The position numbers were made by a program, and so were the translations under genes. Shown in pieces: positions 26,463-39,314 of a stretch of 64,000 bases of DNA; positions within the stretch are counted from its first letter, which is position 1, and the number at the start of each line of letters is the position of its first letter. The notes below the pieces were generated by a model. That model made no database searches, was not told the origin of the DNA, and saw only the letters and a program-made list of their open reading frames with translations. The DNA comes from Eledone cirrhosa (taxonomy: Eukaryota): positions 496,001 through 560,000 of the forward strand of contig OZ024748.1 of the NCBI GenBank assembly GCA_964016885.1. Direction: 5' to 3'.

Positions 26463-26995
26463 CACACATATTTATTTATATATATATACATACACACATA
26501 TATATACATACACACATACATACATATATAGACACATATATATAAATATAGACACACATATATAGAGACTGACACACACACATATATATATAATCAATAC
26601 TTCACGTAGAAATTATAAATTATACACGCATAACATAACTTTTTAAAACACACCCGACACTTTCGAAATAATAGTTATAATAATAATAATAATAATAATA
26701 ATTATTATTATTATTATTATTATCAAAACGACAATTGGCAATTGTTTTATAACTTATAAAACATAATCAATAAATTAGTATTACCCCCCCCCCCCCCCCC
26801 CCCCCACACACACACAAAAAAAAACAACAACAAACAAACGGGTTTCGTGAATTAAAACCTATTTGGCAATACCATAATACCACGCCATTTGCAGTCCTTT
26901 GTCCTTTTTTTGGCTATATATATTATTATTATCAGGCGGAATTTAATATTGAAGTTTCTTGGGACTTTTCACAAACTTGGGTGAGTTGGAAAATA

Positions 26996-27155
26996 ATGTC
27001 TACCACAAGACAAGTCCCTGTTTCTCTCTCTAACAGAATGTCGTTGTTGCTGTTTCTCTTTCTCTTTACCACCGCCTCTGCTACTTCAACAGAAACAACA
27101 ACAGAAACAACAACATCAAGATACACCGAAGATGTTTCAATCATCACTTTAAGGG
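26996..27155 (+). CDS. ACP7: Purple acid phosphatase (ACP7-like), putative coding exon 1 with signal peptide
   Basis: ATG at 26996 (alternative 27038); MSLLLFLFLFTTASA hydrophobic signal-like segment then a Thr-rich linker; donor G|GTAAGT in phase 1 matches the phase-1 acceptor at 46842. Confidence 0.65.
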
Positions 27156-27533
27156 GTAAGTACCACTTTAGAATAAATCCTATATATATATGTATATTAC
27201 TTTTCCATTTTCATCGTGGAGGGCAGAGCCATTTTGGCTATTAAACACACACTCTCTCTCATACACATATACACACTCTCTCATACACACACACTCTCTC
27301 TCACACACACAACACTCTCTCATACACACACACACTCTCTCATACACATACACACACTCTCATACACACTCTCTCTGTCATACACATACACTCTCATACA
27401 CACTCTCTCATATACACACTCTCTCAAACACACACTCTCTTCCTCGTATTCACCTTGGAGTTCGCAGTCAAATTTTTCGTCGCACATCTACGACCTGGTC
27501 ACTTAATAATCGAATATACATGTGTGTGTGTGC

Positions 27534-27574
<41 letters not shown>

Positions 27575-27807
27575 AAGTATATATATATATATATATATCG
27601 GCTTATTGCTTACATTAATTTCTCTATTTTTCATTTATATATATATATATAAGAAAGATGTATGGTAGGTCGTACGTGAATCGCGATGATCACGCCTTAC
27701 CTACCAAATATGCGACGGTAGCTAGTTAAGCTCTATGCGTATAAGCAGAGCAGAAATATTAATGAAAAAGAACAAAGGAACTATTATGACCATTATAACA
27801 AGTTTAT

Positions 27808-27854
27808 TGCCGACAGCCGTTTCGTCCTACCATATGGTGGGACTTTTCAAGGCA
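27808..27854 (-). ncRNA. Type I hammerhead motif with U3-A8 core covariation
   Basis: UGCC UUGAAAA GUCCcACC auau GGUaGGAC GAAA C ggcu G UC GGCA followed by AAUAAA. Confidence 0.7.
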
Positions 27855-29025
27855 TATAACAGGTGATTGTAAGTTCATTATTTACATCAACGTTTCACTC
27901 AAGATTAGCAGTTTGAAATCGTGGTATACATCAACAGCTCCGCTTGTATATTTGGGGTCTATATTCTAAGGGGGCTCTTTTATATTAGTTGTAGGAGTTG
28001 TAAAAGGGATGGGTTATAGGGAGTTAAGAGAATTTGAAAAGGGCCTAAGAATTAGGGATTGAAGGTTAAAAAATTAAAGAATTTATAAGTTACGCATTAA
28101 AAGTAAAAAGACTTGGGATCTCGTAAAAGCACCTTAAAAAATCCCCCAATAAGCGCATAAAGCTTATAAGCCCCCAATAAACCTAACAAACCAGAAGAGA
28201 TTAAGAGAATAAAAAATAAAAATATAAAGTTTCCTAAAAAATTCCTTCAAAAAAAAAAAAAAAATTTTTTCTAAGAGATCTCGTTAAAAAATTTCAGAAA
28301 ATTTACGAAGATTTGATAATCCCTACTAAAGTTCTAAACTCAGAAATAAAAAATTAAAAATTAGGGAAAAGAACTTTCAATAAGATTTAACAGGTTAATA
28401 AAGTTAATGATTTAGGGAGTCCATAATATAAATATCAAGATTTAAGTTAGGGATTTGAATTTTAAGAGTTCCAAACCCAGAAATTAAAAAATTTAATGAA
28501 TTTAAGATTAAGCAATCTTATATATCCATGATTAAAAATTAACGATTAAGGGGTTGAACATTAAATTTAATTTTAAAAATTAAGAAATAAATAGTTGAAA
28601 AGAAATTAATCAAAAAGCCTTCAAAAAAATCCCTCAGAAAAGGCCCCTTTAATATTTTTAATAAGAACATTTTCCGAAAGACCCTTCAAAGAATTAAAAT
28701 TTTAGAGAGCCTTTAAAGATATATATAAATGAATTGAGGAAAATTACAAATTAAAAGTTAAAAATTACAGGATTTGGGAGATCCGAGGAATTTTCAAAGG
28801 GTTGCTTCAACAGATACAACTTAGGTATAATAGATAAAGTAATTTAAGTAATTTAAGTAATCTAATTAAGGAGCAATTCAAAGAGCTTATCAAGTTGGGC
28901 AAGATTAAAGAAAATGATAAGTAAGAAAATATATAAGCAAAAAGACAATAATTATAAAATGTATTTTTAAGAAGGTATAAGGTAGCTTCAGTAATCTAAT
29001 AATGTATTATCAAAAAATTATTAAT

Positions 29026-29280
29026 ATAGGATTAACAAAGACATAATAATATATTCCTGCCTAATTAACAAGCAATCAATAAACAATTAACAGTCAAGCA
29101 AAATTTACTCCGGGACATCCCACGCTCGGATACTTTACACACATACAGCAACACATAGGATTAACAAAGACATAATGGTATATTCCTGCCTAATTAACAA
29201 ACAATCAATAAACAATTAACAGTCAAATAAATTTACTCAGGGATATCCCACGCACGGATACTTTACACACATACAGCAAG
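29026..29280. repeat. ~128-bp direct duplication
   Basis: ataggattaacaaagacataat...ggatactttacacacatacagcaa occurs twice. Confidence 0.85.
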
Positions 29281-29590
29281 ATGAACAATACAGGTGGCCT
29301 TGTGGGTACGATATCCATTGTGCGCATGCAGTCATCTGTATAGCTCCAGGCACAGTTGGTCTTGTTTAAAAGTTCCGAGTTCACGAATCAACTGGGATTC
29401 TCAATCAGCTGTGTGGACTCTCTGGGAAATGTACCTGTGGATCAAATAGCTAGTGGTCGCAGGGTGTGGTCCGTTCGATCTTTTAGTTTCGGGGATTGCA
29501 CGCGTTTGCGATAGATCAGCCTGCCGGTTCTAAATCCAAGGTCTTGCTGTATAGGATGTATTGGTGTACATGATATATTGGTAAAAAAGT

Positions 29591-29959
29591 CCAGTATGGA
29601 CTTGACTGGGGTGGTATATTGCGTCTCTCGCTATTATCCCCTCCTCTCACAACATGGATATCCGCAACATGGATAACACGACCACCATCTAAGCTAGAAC
29701 CGACCCCTACAACAAACAAAGAGGAGACAGCCCTTAGCATTTGACCAGTATGGACTTGACTGGGGTGGTATATTGCGTCTCTCGCTATTATCCCCTCCTC
29801 TCACAACATGGATATCCGCAACATGGATAACACGACCACCATCTAAGCTAGAACCGACCCCTACAACAAACAAAGAGGAGACAGCCCTTAGCATTTGACC
29901 AGTATGGACTTGACTGGGGTGGTATATTGCGTCTCTCGCTATTATCCCCTCCTCTCACC
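29591..29959. repeat. 154-bp tandem repeat, ~2.4 copies
   Basis: ccagtatggacttgactggggtgg at 29591, 29745 and 29899. Confidence 0.9.
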
Positions 29960-29979
29960 AATTCCAAGCTCACACGCGA

Positions 29980-30135
29980 CTGGAAGAGGAAGACCAAGGT
30001 TAACATATGTTGATGCCCTAAGGACAGACACTGGTCTGTTGGAGACGCAAGACATGGCAGCGATAATGAGGGACAGAGACCGCTGGAGAGAACTCGTCCA
30101 TGTATCTCGGGAATTTTACCCGCCCTAGGTAGATA
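29980..30135 (+). mobile_element. RTE-type LINE 3' fragment
   Basis: [21 protein letters not shown]; near-identical to 17635-17790. Confidence 0.7.
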
Positions 30136-30179
30136 TATATATATTTGTGTGTATATATATGTGTATATATATATACACA

Positions 30180-30538
30180 CACTATGTCAGGTCACCAGTT
30201 GGTGCTACTAGTAACATGTATCCCAGTACAACCTGTCTCATGGTCGGGTCGTTGGCGACTAAACTGGCAACCCCACCGAGGTTTCTTGGTGAGGAGGGTG
30301 ACTTTGGACATCCTGCAGGACGTCCTGCTTTATATCTGGAGATCTCTCTGCACTTGTCGTCACATGGTACCATGGGCCCAGCACTATGTGTCAATAATTG
30401 TCACAATTGTAGTGTTTGTACCAGAGTTTTCAAGTCGCTGGCTGGACTAAAAAGTCACACTCGTTCAGGGCATCGGTAGGGGTTCTCCTACATAGATATA
30501 AAGTAGTGGCCGTACTCGAAAACGAGTTGGCAGCTACT
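30180..30538 (+). mobile_element. Probable non-LTR retrotransposon 3' fragment with C-terminal C2H2 finger
   Basis: [22 protein letters not shown] then a stop and short tail, between (TA)n tracts. Confidence 0.5.
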
Positions 30539-30894
30539 ATATATATATATATATATATAATGTGTGTATATATATGTATGTATATATATATATATGTATG
30601 TATATATAAATATGTATATATATATATGTATGTATATATAAATATGTATATATATATGTGTGTATATATATATGTATATATAAATATGTACATATATATA
30701 TGTGTGTATATATATGTGTGTATATATATATATATAAATATGTATATATATATGTGTGTATATATATGTGTATATATATATATATATATAAATATGTATA
30801 TATATATGAGTGTATATATATATGTATATATATATATGAGTGTATATATATATGTATATATATATATGTGTGTATATATATATGTATATATATA

Positions 30895-30931
<37 letters not shown>

Positions 30932-30938
30932 GTTTGTG

Positions 30939-30970
<32 letters not shown>

Positions 30971-31190
30971 TATGTTTGTGTGTGTATATATATATATGTA
31001 TATATATATGTTTGTGTGTATATATGTATATATATATATATGTTTGTGTGTGTGTGTATATATATATATGTATATATATATATGTTTGTGTATATATATA
31101 TATATGTTTGTGTGTATATATATATATGTTTGTGTGTGTGTATATATATATATGTGTGTGTATATATATGTAAATATATGTGTGTGTAAT
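30538..31190. repeat. (TA)n/(TG)n compound microsatellite
   Basis: Visible. Confidence 0.95.
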
Positions 31191-31492
31191 ATGATTTACT
31201 TTATTGAATATACATGTATTTCGCTTTGTTCTAAATTGGTTGCACTGTTTATCTACGTCTGTCTATTTTACATTCTGAGTTCAAAGACAGAGACCAGAAT
31301 TACCAGCTTTTATTATCCCTAGCAGAAAAACCACACTTCGGGTGGTTTTCTGCTAGCATGTGTAGTGTGTATATTGATATTATACGCAGGTATATATACA
31401 TGTAGATATGATCAAATAAAATCGTAATTGACAATATCCACAGAAATTGAACGAAGGCTGCGTTACACTGTCTTATGTAATCAATAACGTAA

Positions 31493-32959
31493 TCTATATA
31501 TATAAAACTGTGGTTGTCTGTCTGTCTATCGATTTTTGGCACACATCTCCTCTTAGAATCTCTCACGGAATTGCACCGAAATTGCTATACTTGTACATTG
31601 AGCCCTAGCGAAGACATCGGAAAAAAAATAATTTCAAATTGACCCGCCCTATCTGACGAAATCGAATATAATGTATCGATTTTTGAGCGTAAGTGATCAG
31701 TTATTTCCCTTTGTTCTGTTTACATTGAGCGTCTGCGTGCAAAAATTAAAAAAATTACGCTGGCTTTCTCAGCGTTTAAAATGACATTAACACAATAATT
31801 TTTACTTGAAAACAAGTCTATTTAAAGACTACGTAAAACAAGCAAATATTTCGTAAAAAAAAGCAAAAATTATATAAGTTTATTTAAAATATATGTATCT
31901 GTAAATTTCGTTAGGCGTGCAGTCAGTTTTATATATATAGATGATAAACAATAATATCCTCTATGAGGTCACTAAACCTGCTAGAAACAGCAGCTAACTC
32001 TCCCTCATATCACACCACTCCCTACTGTCTTAAATTTAGAAAACACATATCCTCTATGAGGTTACTAAACCTGCTAGAAACAGCAGCTAACTCTCCCTCA
32101 TATCACACCACTCCCTACTGTCTTAAATTTAGAAAACACATATCCTCTATGAGGTTACTAAACCTGCTAGAAACAGCAGCTAACTCTCCCCCATATCATA
32201 CCCCTCCCTACTGTCTTAAATTTAGAAAACATATCTTCTATGAGGTCACTAAACCTGCTAGAAACAGCAGCTAACTCTCCCTCATATCACACCCCTCCCT
32301 ACTGTCTTAAATTTAGAAAACATATCCTCTATGAGGTCACTAAACCTGCTAGAAACAGCAGCTAACTCTCCCCCATATCACACCCCTCTCTACTGTCTTA
32401 AATTTAGAAAACATATCTTCTATGAGGTCACTAAACCTGCTAGAAACAGCAGCTAACTCTCCCTCATATCACACCACTCCCGACTGTCTTAAATTTAGAA
32501 AACACATATCCTCTATGAGGTCACTAAACCTGCTAGAAACAGCAGCTAACTCTCCCTCATATCACACCACTCCCTACTGTCTTAAATTTAGAAAACACAT
32601 ATCCTCTATGAGGTCACTAAACCTGCTAGAAACAACAGCTAACTCTCCCTCATATCACAACCCTCCCTACTGTCTTAAATTTAGAAAACACAGACAACCA
32701 TGCAGAACAACTCCATCGCAGCTCTGTTGTTCGGCTGGCATCGTCTACTCGCGTGTTGCGCAAGTACTGTGAAACAATAAATTTCAACACTTTTTTGCAC
32801 AGAGATAATATCCATAGGCGAAACTACAATTGTCACTGCTGGCGCAGCTCATGCTTCCAGGTCTGCAATTCATTCACCCAGTCCCTGGCAGACAAAAAAG
32901 TGCTGCAACCTAACTTTGGTAACTTAATGACCCCGAGCAACGCCGGGCTTTAATGCTAG
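31493..32959 (+). mobile_element. Non-autonomous Helitron-like element carrying a 93-bp tandem array
   Basis: A|TCTATATATATAAAACTG..(TGTC)n start; ends with the cccgagcaacgccggg hairpin then tgCTAG|T. Confidence 0.6.
31955..32692. repeat. 91-93-bp tandem repeat, 8 copies
   Basis: tatcctctatgaggtcactaaacctgctagaaacagcagctaactctccc.. repeated; 31-aa period in the ORFs. Confidence 0.95.
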
Positions 32960-33294
32960 TTCATGATAAATTAAAAAAGACGATATTATATATAAACTGC
33001 AATAGGAGAAAATTAGTAACAGAAAATTAGTATGTTTATTTAAGAGATGGCCAACCGGAAGTGTTGACATTTCAGACATTTTAAAGAAGTGAATCTTTAA
33101 ATAAACAAAATATATTTAATTAACAGCCACGAAATTTAGTAGATAAATTATGTAATATTCATTCATTATTTATTCAAAGTAATCCAACTTATTTTACTAA
33201 TGGGATAAAAAATTATAAACTGTACGCAGTCCCGCGCTCCTTACTTTATTATAGTTTAGATTTTTTTTATTCCAACTGTTTCGTCAGGGAAGGT

Positions 33295-33725
33295 AGGATA
33301 CGGTCTATGGCCCTTTTTAGCGGTTCTGAGATTGGTGGACTGGAGAAAAGGGCAATACCCATGATTCCTTTCAGGGTTTCTGAGACTGGTGGAAGGAAGG
33401 GAAGGTGGTGTCTATGACCCTTTCCTTTTCAGGGTCTCTGAGACTGGTAAAGGGATGGCTAGTGCCTATGACCCTTTTCAGGGTCTCTGTTTTTGGTAGA
33501 AGGGTGAGAAATGCAGGGCCGCTGAGATTGGTGAAAGGGAGAGGAAAGCAGTGCTTATGACTCTTTGAGGTCTGTAGGAGGCGAGGAAAGAAAGAGCCGT
33601 GTCTATGACCCTTTTCATGATGGGAAGGAATTGTAAAGCTCTGAGATTGGTGTAAGAGATAGGAGCACTATGCTTATGACCCTTTTCAGGGCCTCTGAGA
33701 CTGGTGGAAGTGAGAGGAGGACATG
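33295..33725. repeat. Degenerate ~55-70-bp tandem repeat
   Basis: Recurring ctatgacccttttcagggtctctgagactggt motif. Confidence 0.7.
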
Positions 33726-34080
33726 TGTAGAGGACGGTCTGATCGAGCCTATATATGAGGTCTGATAGTATACAGTTATAAACTGCTATAGAGCAGACAA
33801 TATGTCAATATGATCAATCCTCTGAAATGATCGTAAAACAATGATATGAATAGGTAAAATAACTTGACTTAGTTGTTATTATTTTCATTGTTAATTTAAT
33901 ACTTAATATCTGACTGTGTATCTAAGGAATTAAATCAGCAGAACACAGAACTTTTACTCGCCATCAGATTACATTGAGTTCTATCTATGGTACGGACCCT
34001 ACCACCACACTGAATATAAATATATATATATATATATATACAATATTAATAAATGGAAACTATATTTATAAAACCATATT

Positions 34081-34145
34081 TATTTCATTATATATATTTC
34101 AAGGATACCAAGTTAAATCATGGTATGCCTTCATCAGACAAAATA
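34081..34145 (-). ncRNA. Type I hammerhead motif
   Basis: Reverse complement of 34287-34351. Confidence 0.7.
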
Positions 34146-34286
34146 CAATATATAACAGTTTTACAAATAGATATTGAAGTACCCTTTCAAAAAGGTGACC
34201 GTTGTTTTTGGAGGCCATCCGGATAGTGGTTTGTTTACTTTTTGAAAGGGTACTTCAATATCTATTTGTAAAACTGTTATATATTG

Positions 34287-34351
34287 TATTTTGTCTGATG
34301 AAGGCATACCATGATTTAACTTGGTATCCTTGAAATATATATAATGAAATA
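34287..34351 (+). ncRNA. Type I hammerhead motif (sense to the ACP7-like intron 1)
   Basis: UAUUUUGU CUGAUGA AGGcAUACCA ugauuuaacu UGGUAUcCUU GAAA uauaua UA AUGAAAUA. Confidence 0.7.
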
Positions 34352-34479
34352 AATATGGTTTTATAAATATAGTTTCCATTTATTAATATTGTATATCTAC
34401 TCCAAATATTTGTCGAGTGCTTTATATCAGTTATAATAATATTTTCTTGTTGTATCCCAACAATTTTAAATAGAACTTT

Positions 34480-34513
<34 letters not shown>

Positions 34514-35016
34514 TGTGTGTGTGTGTATATAGGTAGGTAGATAGGTAGGCAGCTAGATAGATTGATAGGCAGGCAGATAGATAGATGTATGTATGTGTGT
34601 GAATTTGTCCAGGAGACAGTAGCAATCAATAGCCTTTATAATTGGAAATGGGACTCCACCAAGCAATAAATGTAAAAAACAGCAACCTGTTAACCTATGA
34701 AAACAGCTGTTGTAAATATATGGTAGTGGTGTGTGTGTGTGTGTAATAGGTCGATGGGGATAAATAACACAGGAAAACTATACAGTACAATGATAATATA
34801 TATTAGTTTAACACTTGATATAGTAGGAAAAGAGTTTTTATGTTTCGGGCGTTAGTCCTTCGTTGGATGAGAGATAGAAAAAGAAATAGGAAGATAGATG
34901 GGAGTAAAGAAACGAAGAAATGCAGAAAAAGAATTTTTACAAAAGGAAATCACATGTTTAGTTTGCTATCTTTAAGATGTGTGTCTGTGTGTGTGTGTAT
35001 ATATATATATATGTAC

Positions 35017-35335
35017 ATGAGAGAGAGAAACTGTGTATAAGAGGGATAGGCTGTAATGTGCGGGAGAGAAGACTGCGTTGGTATAGACATGTGATGTGCA
35101 TGGAGGATGAGCGCTGAGTAAAGAAGTGCCAAGAAATCCTAGTGGAAGGAACGTGCAGTCGAGGAAGGCCACGAAAATCATGGGCGGAGGTGGTGAGAGC
35201 GGACCTCAGATCGCTGAAGCTTACAGAGGAGATGACGAAGAACCATGACAAATGGAGAGATGCTGTGCCGAATAGGACCCGTTCCACCCTTGCAAGCAGG
35301 GAAAAGCGATCATAAAATGATAATAATGATGATAT
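35017..35335 (+). mobile_element. Diverged RTE LINE 3' fragment
   Basis: Similar to 40828-41140, ending cacccttgcaagcagggaaaagcg..aaaatgat. Confidence 0.8.
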
Positions 35336-35344
35336 GTGTGTGTG

Positions 35345-35625
35345 AAGGTAAGTGGTTTTGTGGTTAGGTTATTCAGCTCACAATCGTAAGTTCATGAGTT
35401 CGATTTGCGGCAGCATGTTGTGACCTTGAGCAAGACACTTTATTTCACGTTGCTCCAGTCCACTCAGCTGGCAAATATGACTTGTGCCTGTGACATTCTT
35501 TCTCATGCTGAATCTCCCTGATAACTAAGTTAAAGGTACAGGTGTCTGTGGAATGCTCAGCCACTTGCACATTAATTTCATGAGCAGGCTGTTCCGTTAA
35601 TTGGATCAACTGGATTACTCGCCGC
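35345..35625 (+). mobile_element. SINE family B
   Basis: tRNA-like head plus ttgagcaagacactttatttcacgttgctccag. Confidence 0.7.
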
Positions 35626-36404
35626 CGGAAATCAAACCACAACCTCACGATTGTTAACCAAATACCCTAATCACAAAGCCATGTGCCAGATATATATAGT
35701 AGAGGTGTACATGTATGAATGTATAGTGGTTTATATAGTCAATATGATAAAACACTTAAATATGAACGTAACAGCTGGGTCATATCACTGGTTTTATCAT
35801 CCACCTGGTGGCAGACGCATGAACTGAACTACCTACAAAGAGAAATAAAAATTGTACGCAAATGTTATAGTATATTGATTGTTTAAATATACAAATATTG
35901 GAGTATATTGTTTAAATATGGAAATAATGGAGTATTTTGTTTAAATATGCAAATATCGGAGTATATTGTTTTACCCTTTAGCATTTAAACTGGTCATATC
36001 TGACCAGAATTCTCTCACCTCTTTCTCTTCAAACTAGCTGTAACCAGCTACTTATACTGATGTTATGGTATTGTTCTCAAAATAAATAATATCAAAATCT
36101 CATAGATTCGATATTATGTGAGATAAAGCCTTAACTGCGAAAATATAATAGTATATATAGAGTAATGTAAATGCTAAAGGGTTGAATATATAAATATATT
36201 GAGGTTCTTGTTGTTTAGCTCCATTGTGGATGAAGGTAAGACTAAAGGTTTAAGATGTTTGCTTTGATCACACTGCTTGACCCCTTCAGCAAGTATCTTT
36301 TTGCATGGCCTCTGGTCTACACCGAACTTTGTGGGTAAAATTGGGTAGACTGAAGCTGTGCAGAAAGGATGGGATTTGGAATAGCATTGAATTATAGAAA
36401 CAAT

Positions 36405-36630
36405 GCCACAAAAAGCACACCCAGTACACTCTGTAATGTGTTAGTGGTAGTGCCATAAAAAAGCACACCCAATACACTCTGTAAAGTGTTAGTGGTAGTG
36501 CTATAAAAAGAACACCCAGTACACTCTCTAATGTGTTAGTGGTAGCACCACAAAAAGAACACCCTGTACACCCTGTAAAGTGTTAATGGTAGTGCCATAA
36601 AAAAGCACACCCAGTATACTCTGTAAAATA
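36405..36630. repeat. ~47-bp tandem repeat, ~5 copies
   Basis: gccacaaaaagcacacccagtacactctgtaatgtgttagtggtagt. Confidence 0.85.
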
Positions 36631-37499
36631 GTTGACGGTAAGAAGGGCATCAAGTTGTAGAATCCATGCCAAATACACCAGCATCAACATCAACATCACT
36701 TTAACATCTATTTTTCATGTCTAGAAATGTGTGTATGAGTGTGGGCATGTATGTGTGTGTGTGTCTGTGCACGAGTGTGTGTATGTGTGTGTGCATGTGT
36801 TTTACTTTATGGAAAGATACAAGTCTGTTGTGAGAAACTAGAACTTCCTGGAGGGACTGAGAAATAATAGACATACATACATGCATACATACATACACAC
36901 ACGCACACACACATACATACACACACATGCACTCACACACATAAACACTTACACATGCAAAGACATGTACACATGCAGATAGGTCACACACACATACATA
37001 AACACTTACACAAACACACACGCAAACACATCTACACATCAGATAGGCCACACACTCACACATACATACATGTATGCATAATGCACTCACACATGCACAC
37101 ATACATACACATGCAGGGAGAGATCTGGAGATTACAATAAAAGTTGGGAAATATTTTCTATTCTATGTTAATAAGTGAACTATACATGAAACTACAAACA
37201 ACCATCAACAACCATAAAGCCAGTCTGCTGTAATAAACGGTGCAACAGCAGCTGGTGTTTACCAAAGAGACTGAGAAAGTTGACTTGAAATTCAACATCA
37301 TTCCACCCCCTACTCCACTCCACCCCAACTCACAAATATTTCCTTAGTTTTGCTCTTTGGGTTTTTATTTTTATTTTCACTATCAAGATTTTCTCTGGGC
37401 TCTAGAGCAGGAAACATTTCACTCGTATTTCTCCTTTTTCCTTTTCTTTCTATTCTTCTTCTTCTCTCTTCTTTTTCTCTCTTTTTCTTCTTCTAAAAT

Positions 37500-38410
37500 C
37501 GTTGACCTTGTGGCTAAATCAGAAACCATTATTGGTCTGACGCTATGCTTTGCAGCAAAGAGTTACGCCCCTTTATGGTTTGAGTTCAAATCCCGCCGAG
37601 GTTAACTTTGCCTTTCATCCTTACGGGGTCGATAAAATAAAGTACCAGTAATATATTGGGTAATTGCTGGCCTTGTGCCAAAAGTAAAAAAACAATTATT
37701 ATTATTAGTAGTAGTAGTTAGTTATGGCCCTTTACGTTCTATGTTCAGATCACACTGGGGTTAGCTATGCCTTTCATCCTTACAGGGTCGATAAAATAAA
37801 GTACCAGTCACACACTGGGGTCGATTTAATCGACTTTCCTCTTCCCCAAAATTGATGGCCTTGTGCCTAAAGTAGAAATCATTATTAGTAGTAGTAGTAA
37901 TAATACTGAAATGGTTGGTGACAGCCACAGTGAAACTAACTGACATTACTGAGTTTGATAAAATAAAGTAACAGTAATGTACTGGGTTGATTTGATCAAC
38001 TTTGCCCTTCCCCCAGTTTGCTGGGCTTGTCTCAATGTTAGAAACCATAATTAAGCGCATAGGATTGGTTGACAAAATACCTTGTGAATTCCAACCTGGA
38101 TTTATTAGGATTTTAATAATTGTATGGTGTTAATAAGGGTTTGTATTAATGAGATTAAAACGAAGCGGGGAAGAGGGGGAGTGGGATGTAGCATGAACTC
38201 GTTGTTTATACCATTAAATAATGGTTTCTACTTTTGGCACAAGGCCACCAATTATCTCAGTGCATTACTGGTACTTTATTTTACCAACCCCGTAAGGATG
38301 AAAAGCAAAGTTAACCTCGGTGAGATTTGAACTCAGAAAGTAAAGGGCCGTAACTCTATGCTGTAAAGCATGGCGTCCGACTCTCTACCGAAACTGCCAA
38401 TCCACTGCCC
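37500..38410. mobile_element. Cluster of SINE family A copies (+,+,+,-)
   Basis: Consensus motifs at 37545-37700, 37725-37880, 37955-38050 and 38220-38410. Confidence 0.75.
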
Positions 38411-38977
38411 TTATATCATTAATTAATGCTAGCCAACACCACCTCCATAAACATTGTATGTAGGCCCCTGTAGTTCCCCAGTGTTTTACTGGTGCTTTAT
38501 TTTATTGACTCTAATCAATAATAATGAGTAGGAATGAAGTATCAATATAACTTCATAAAGTTTGTTCAAACGTGAGACATGATTTGTGATTGATCAACCC
38601 GAGGTACGACCGATAGTGATCGGGCCTGACTCTGGAACTGATAGCTCAACAGACTTGTGGTTTCTTGAAATATATGTATATATATATATAGTAATAATAA
38701 TAATATTTATAGTTATATATGAGTTATATATAATTATAAATATGGAGGGTAGTACTAAGCACTAGCCAATTACCAGTAAGAGAAAAGGCTCAATGTAAAT
38801 TATCAAATGTATTACAGAGCCGAGATACAAAATATTTTGTATATATATCATCATCATCATCATCATCGTTTAACGTCCATCTTCCATGCTAGCATGGGTC
38901 TGGACGGAAATTGTTCCACTTGAGGCAAGATTGGTTGTCTTGCTCGGAACTGTCTGGCGAGTTTTCTATATATATAT

Positions 38978-39314
38978 GGAGGCACATGGCTTAGTGGTTA
39001 GAACATTGGCCTTGCAATCGAAAGGTTGTGAGTTCAATTCTCAGACTGGGTGATGTGTTGTTTCCTTGAGCAAGACACTTTATTTCACATTGCTCCAGTT
39101 TACTCAGCTGTAGAAATGAGATGATAGGGACTGGGGTCCATATCATTCCACTGTAAAGTGGTCGTGGAGGTGCCACAGCAAAAAAGCACCCAGCACTCAC
39201 TAAATGAGGTTGGTGTTAGGAAGGGCATCCAGCTGTAGAAATCAAGCGAGAATCAGTTCCCGTCCCACCCTTGCAAGCAGGGAAAAAGCGGATATAAAAT
39301 GAAATGATGATGAT
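38978..39314 (+). mobile_element. SINE family B with RTE-derived 3' tail
   Basis: tRNA-like head; ends cccgtcccacccttgcaagcagggaaaaagcgga..aaatgatgatgat, matching the RTE 3' end at 41086-41140. Confidence 0.75.

Larger units (their letters stand above)
34041..34391. mobile_element. Fold-back element with 154-bp inverted arms and a 43-bp loop; hammerhead in each arm
   Basis: 34041-34194 is the inverse of 34238-34391; (TA)n on the left. Confidence 0.75.

Noticed and set aside
33265-33295. GAC-GAAA-CAG-UU-GGAAUAAA on the minus strand
   Set aside because: At most the 3' half of a hammerhead; the 5' core is missing
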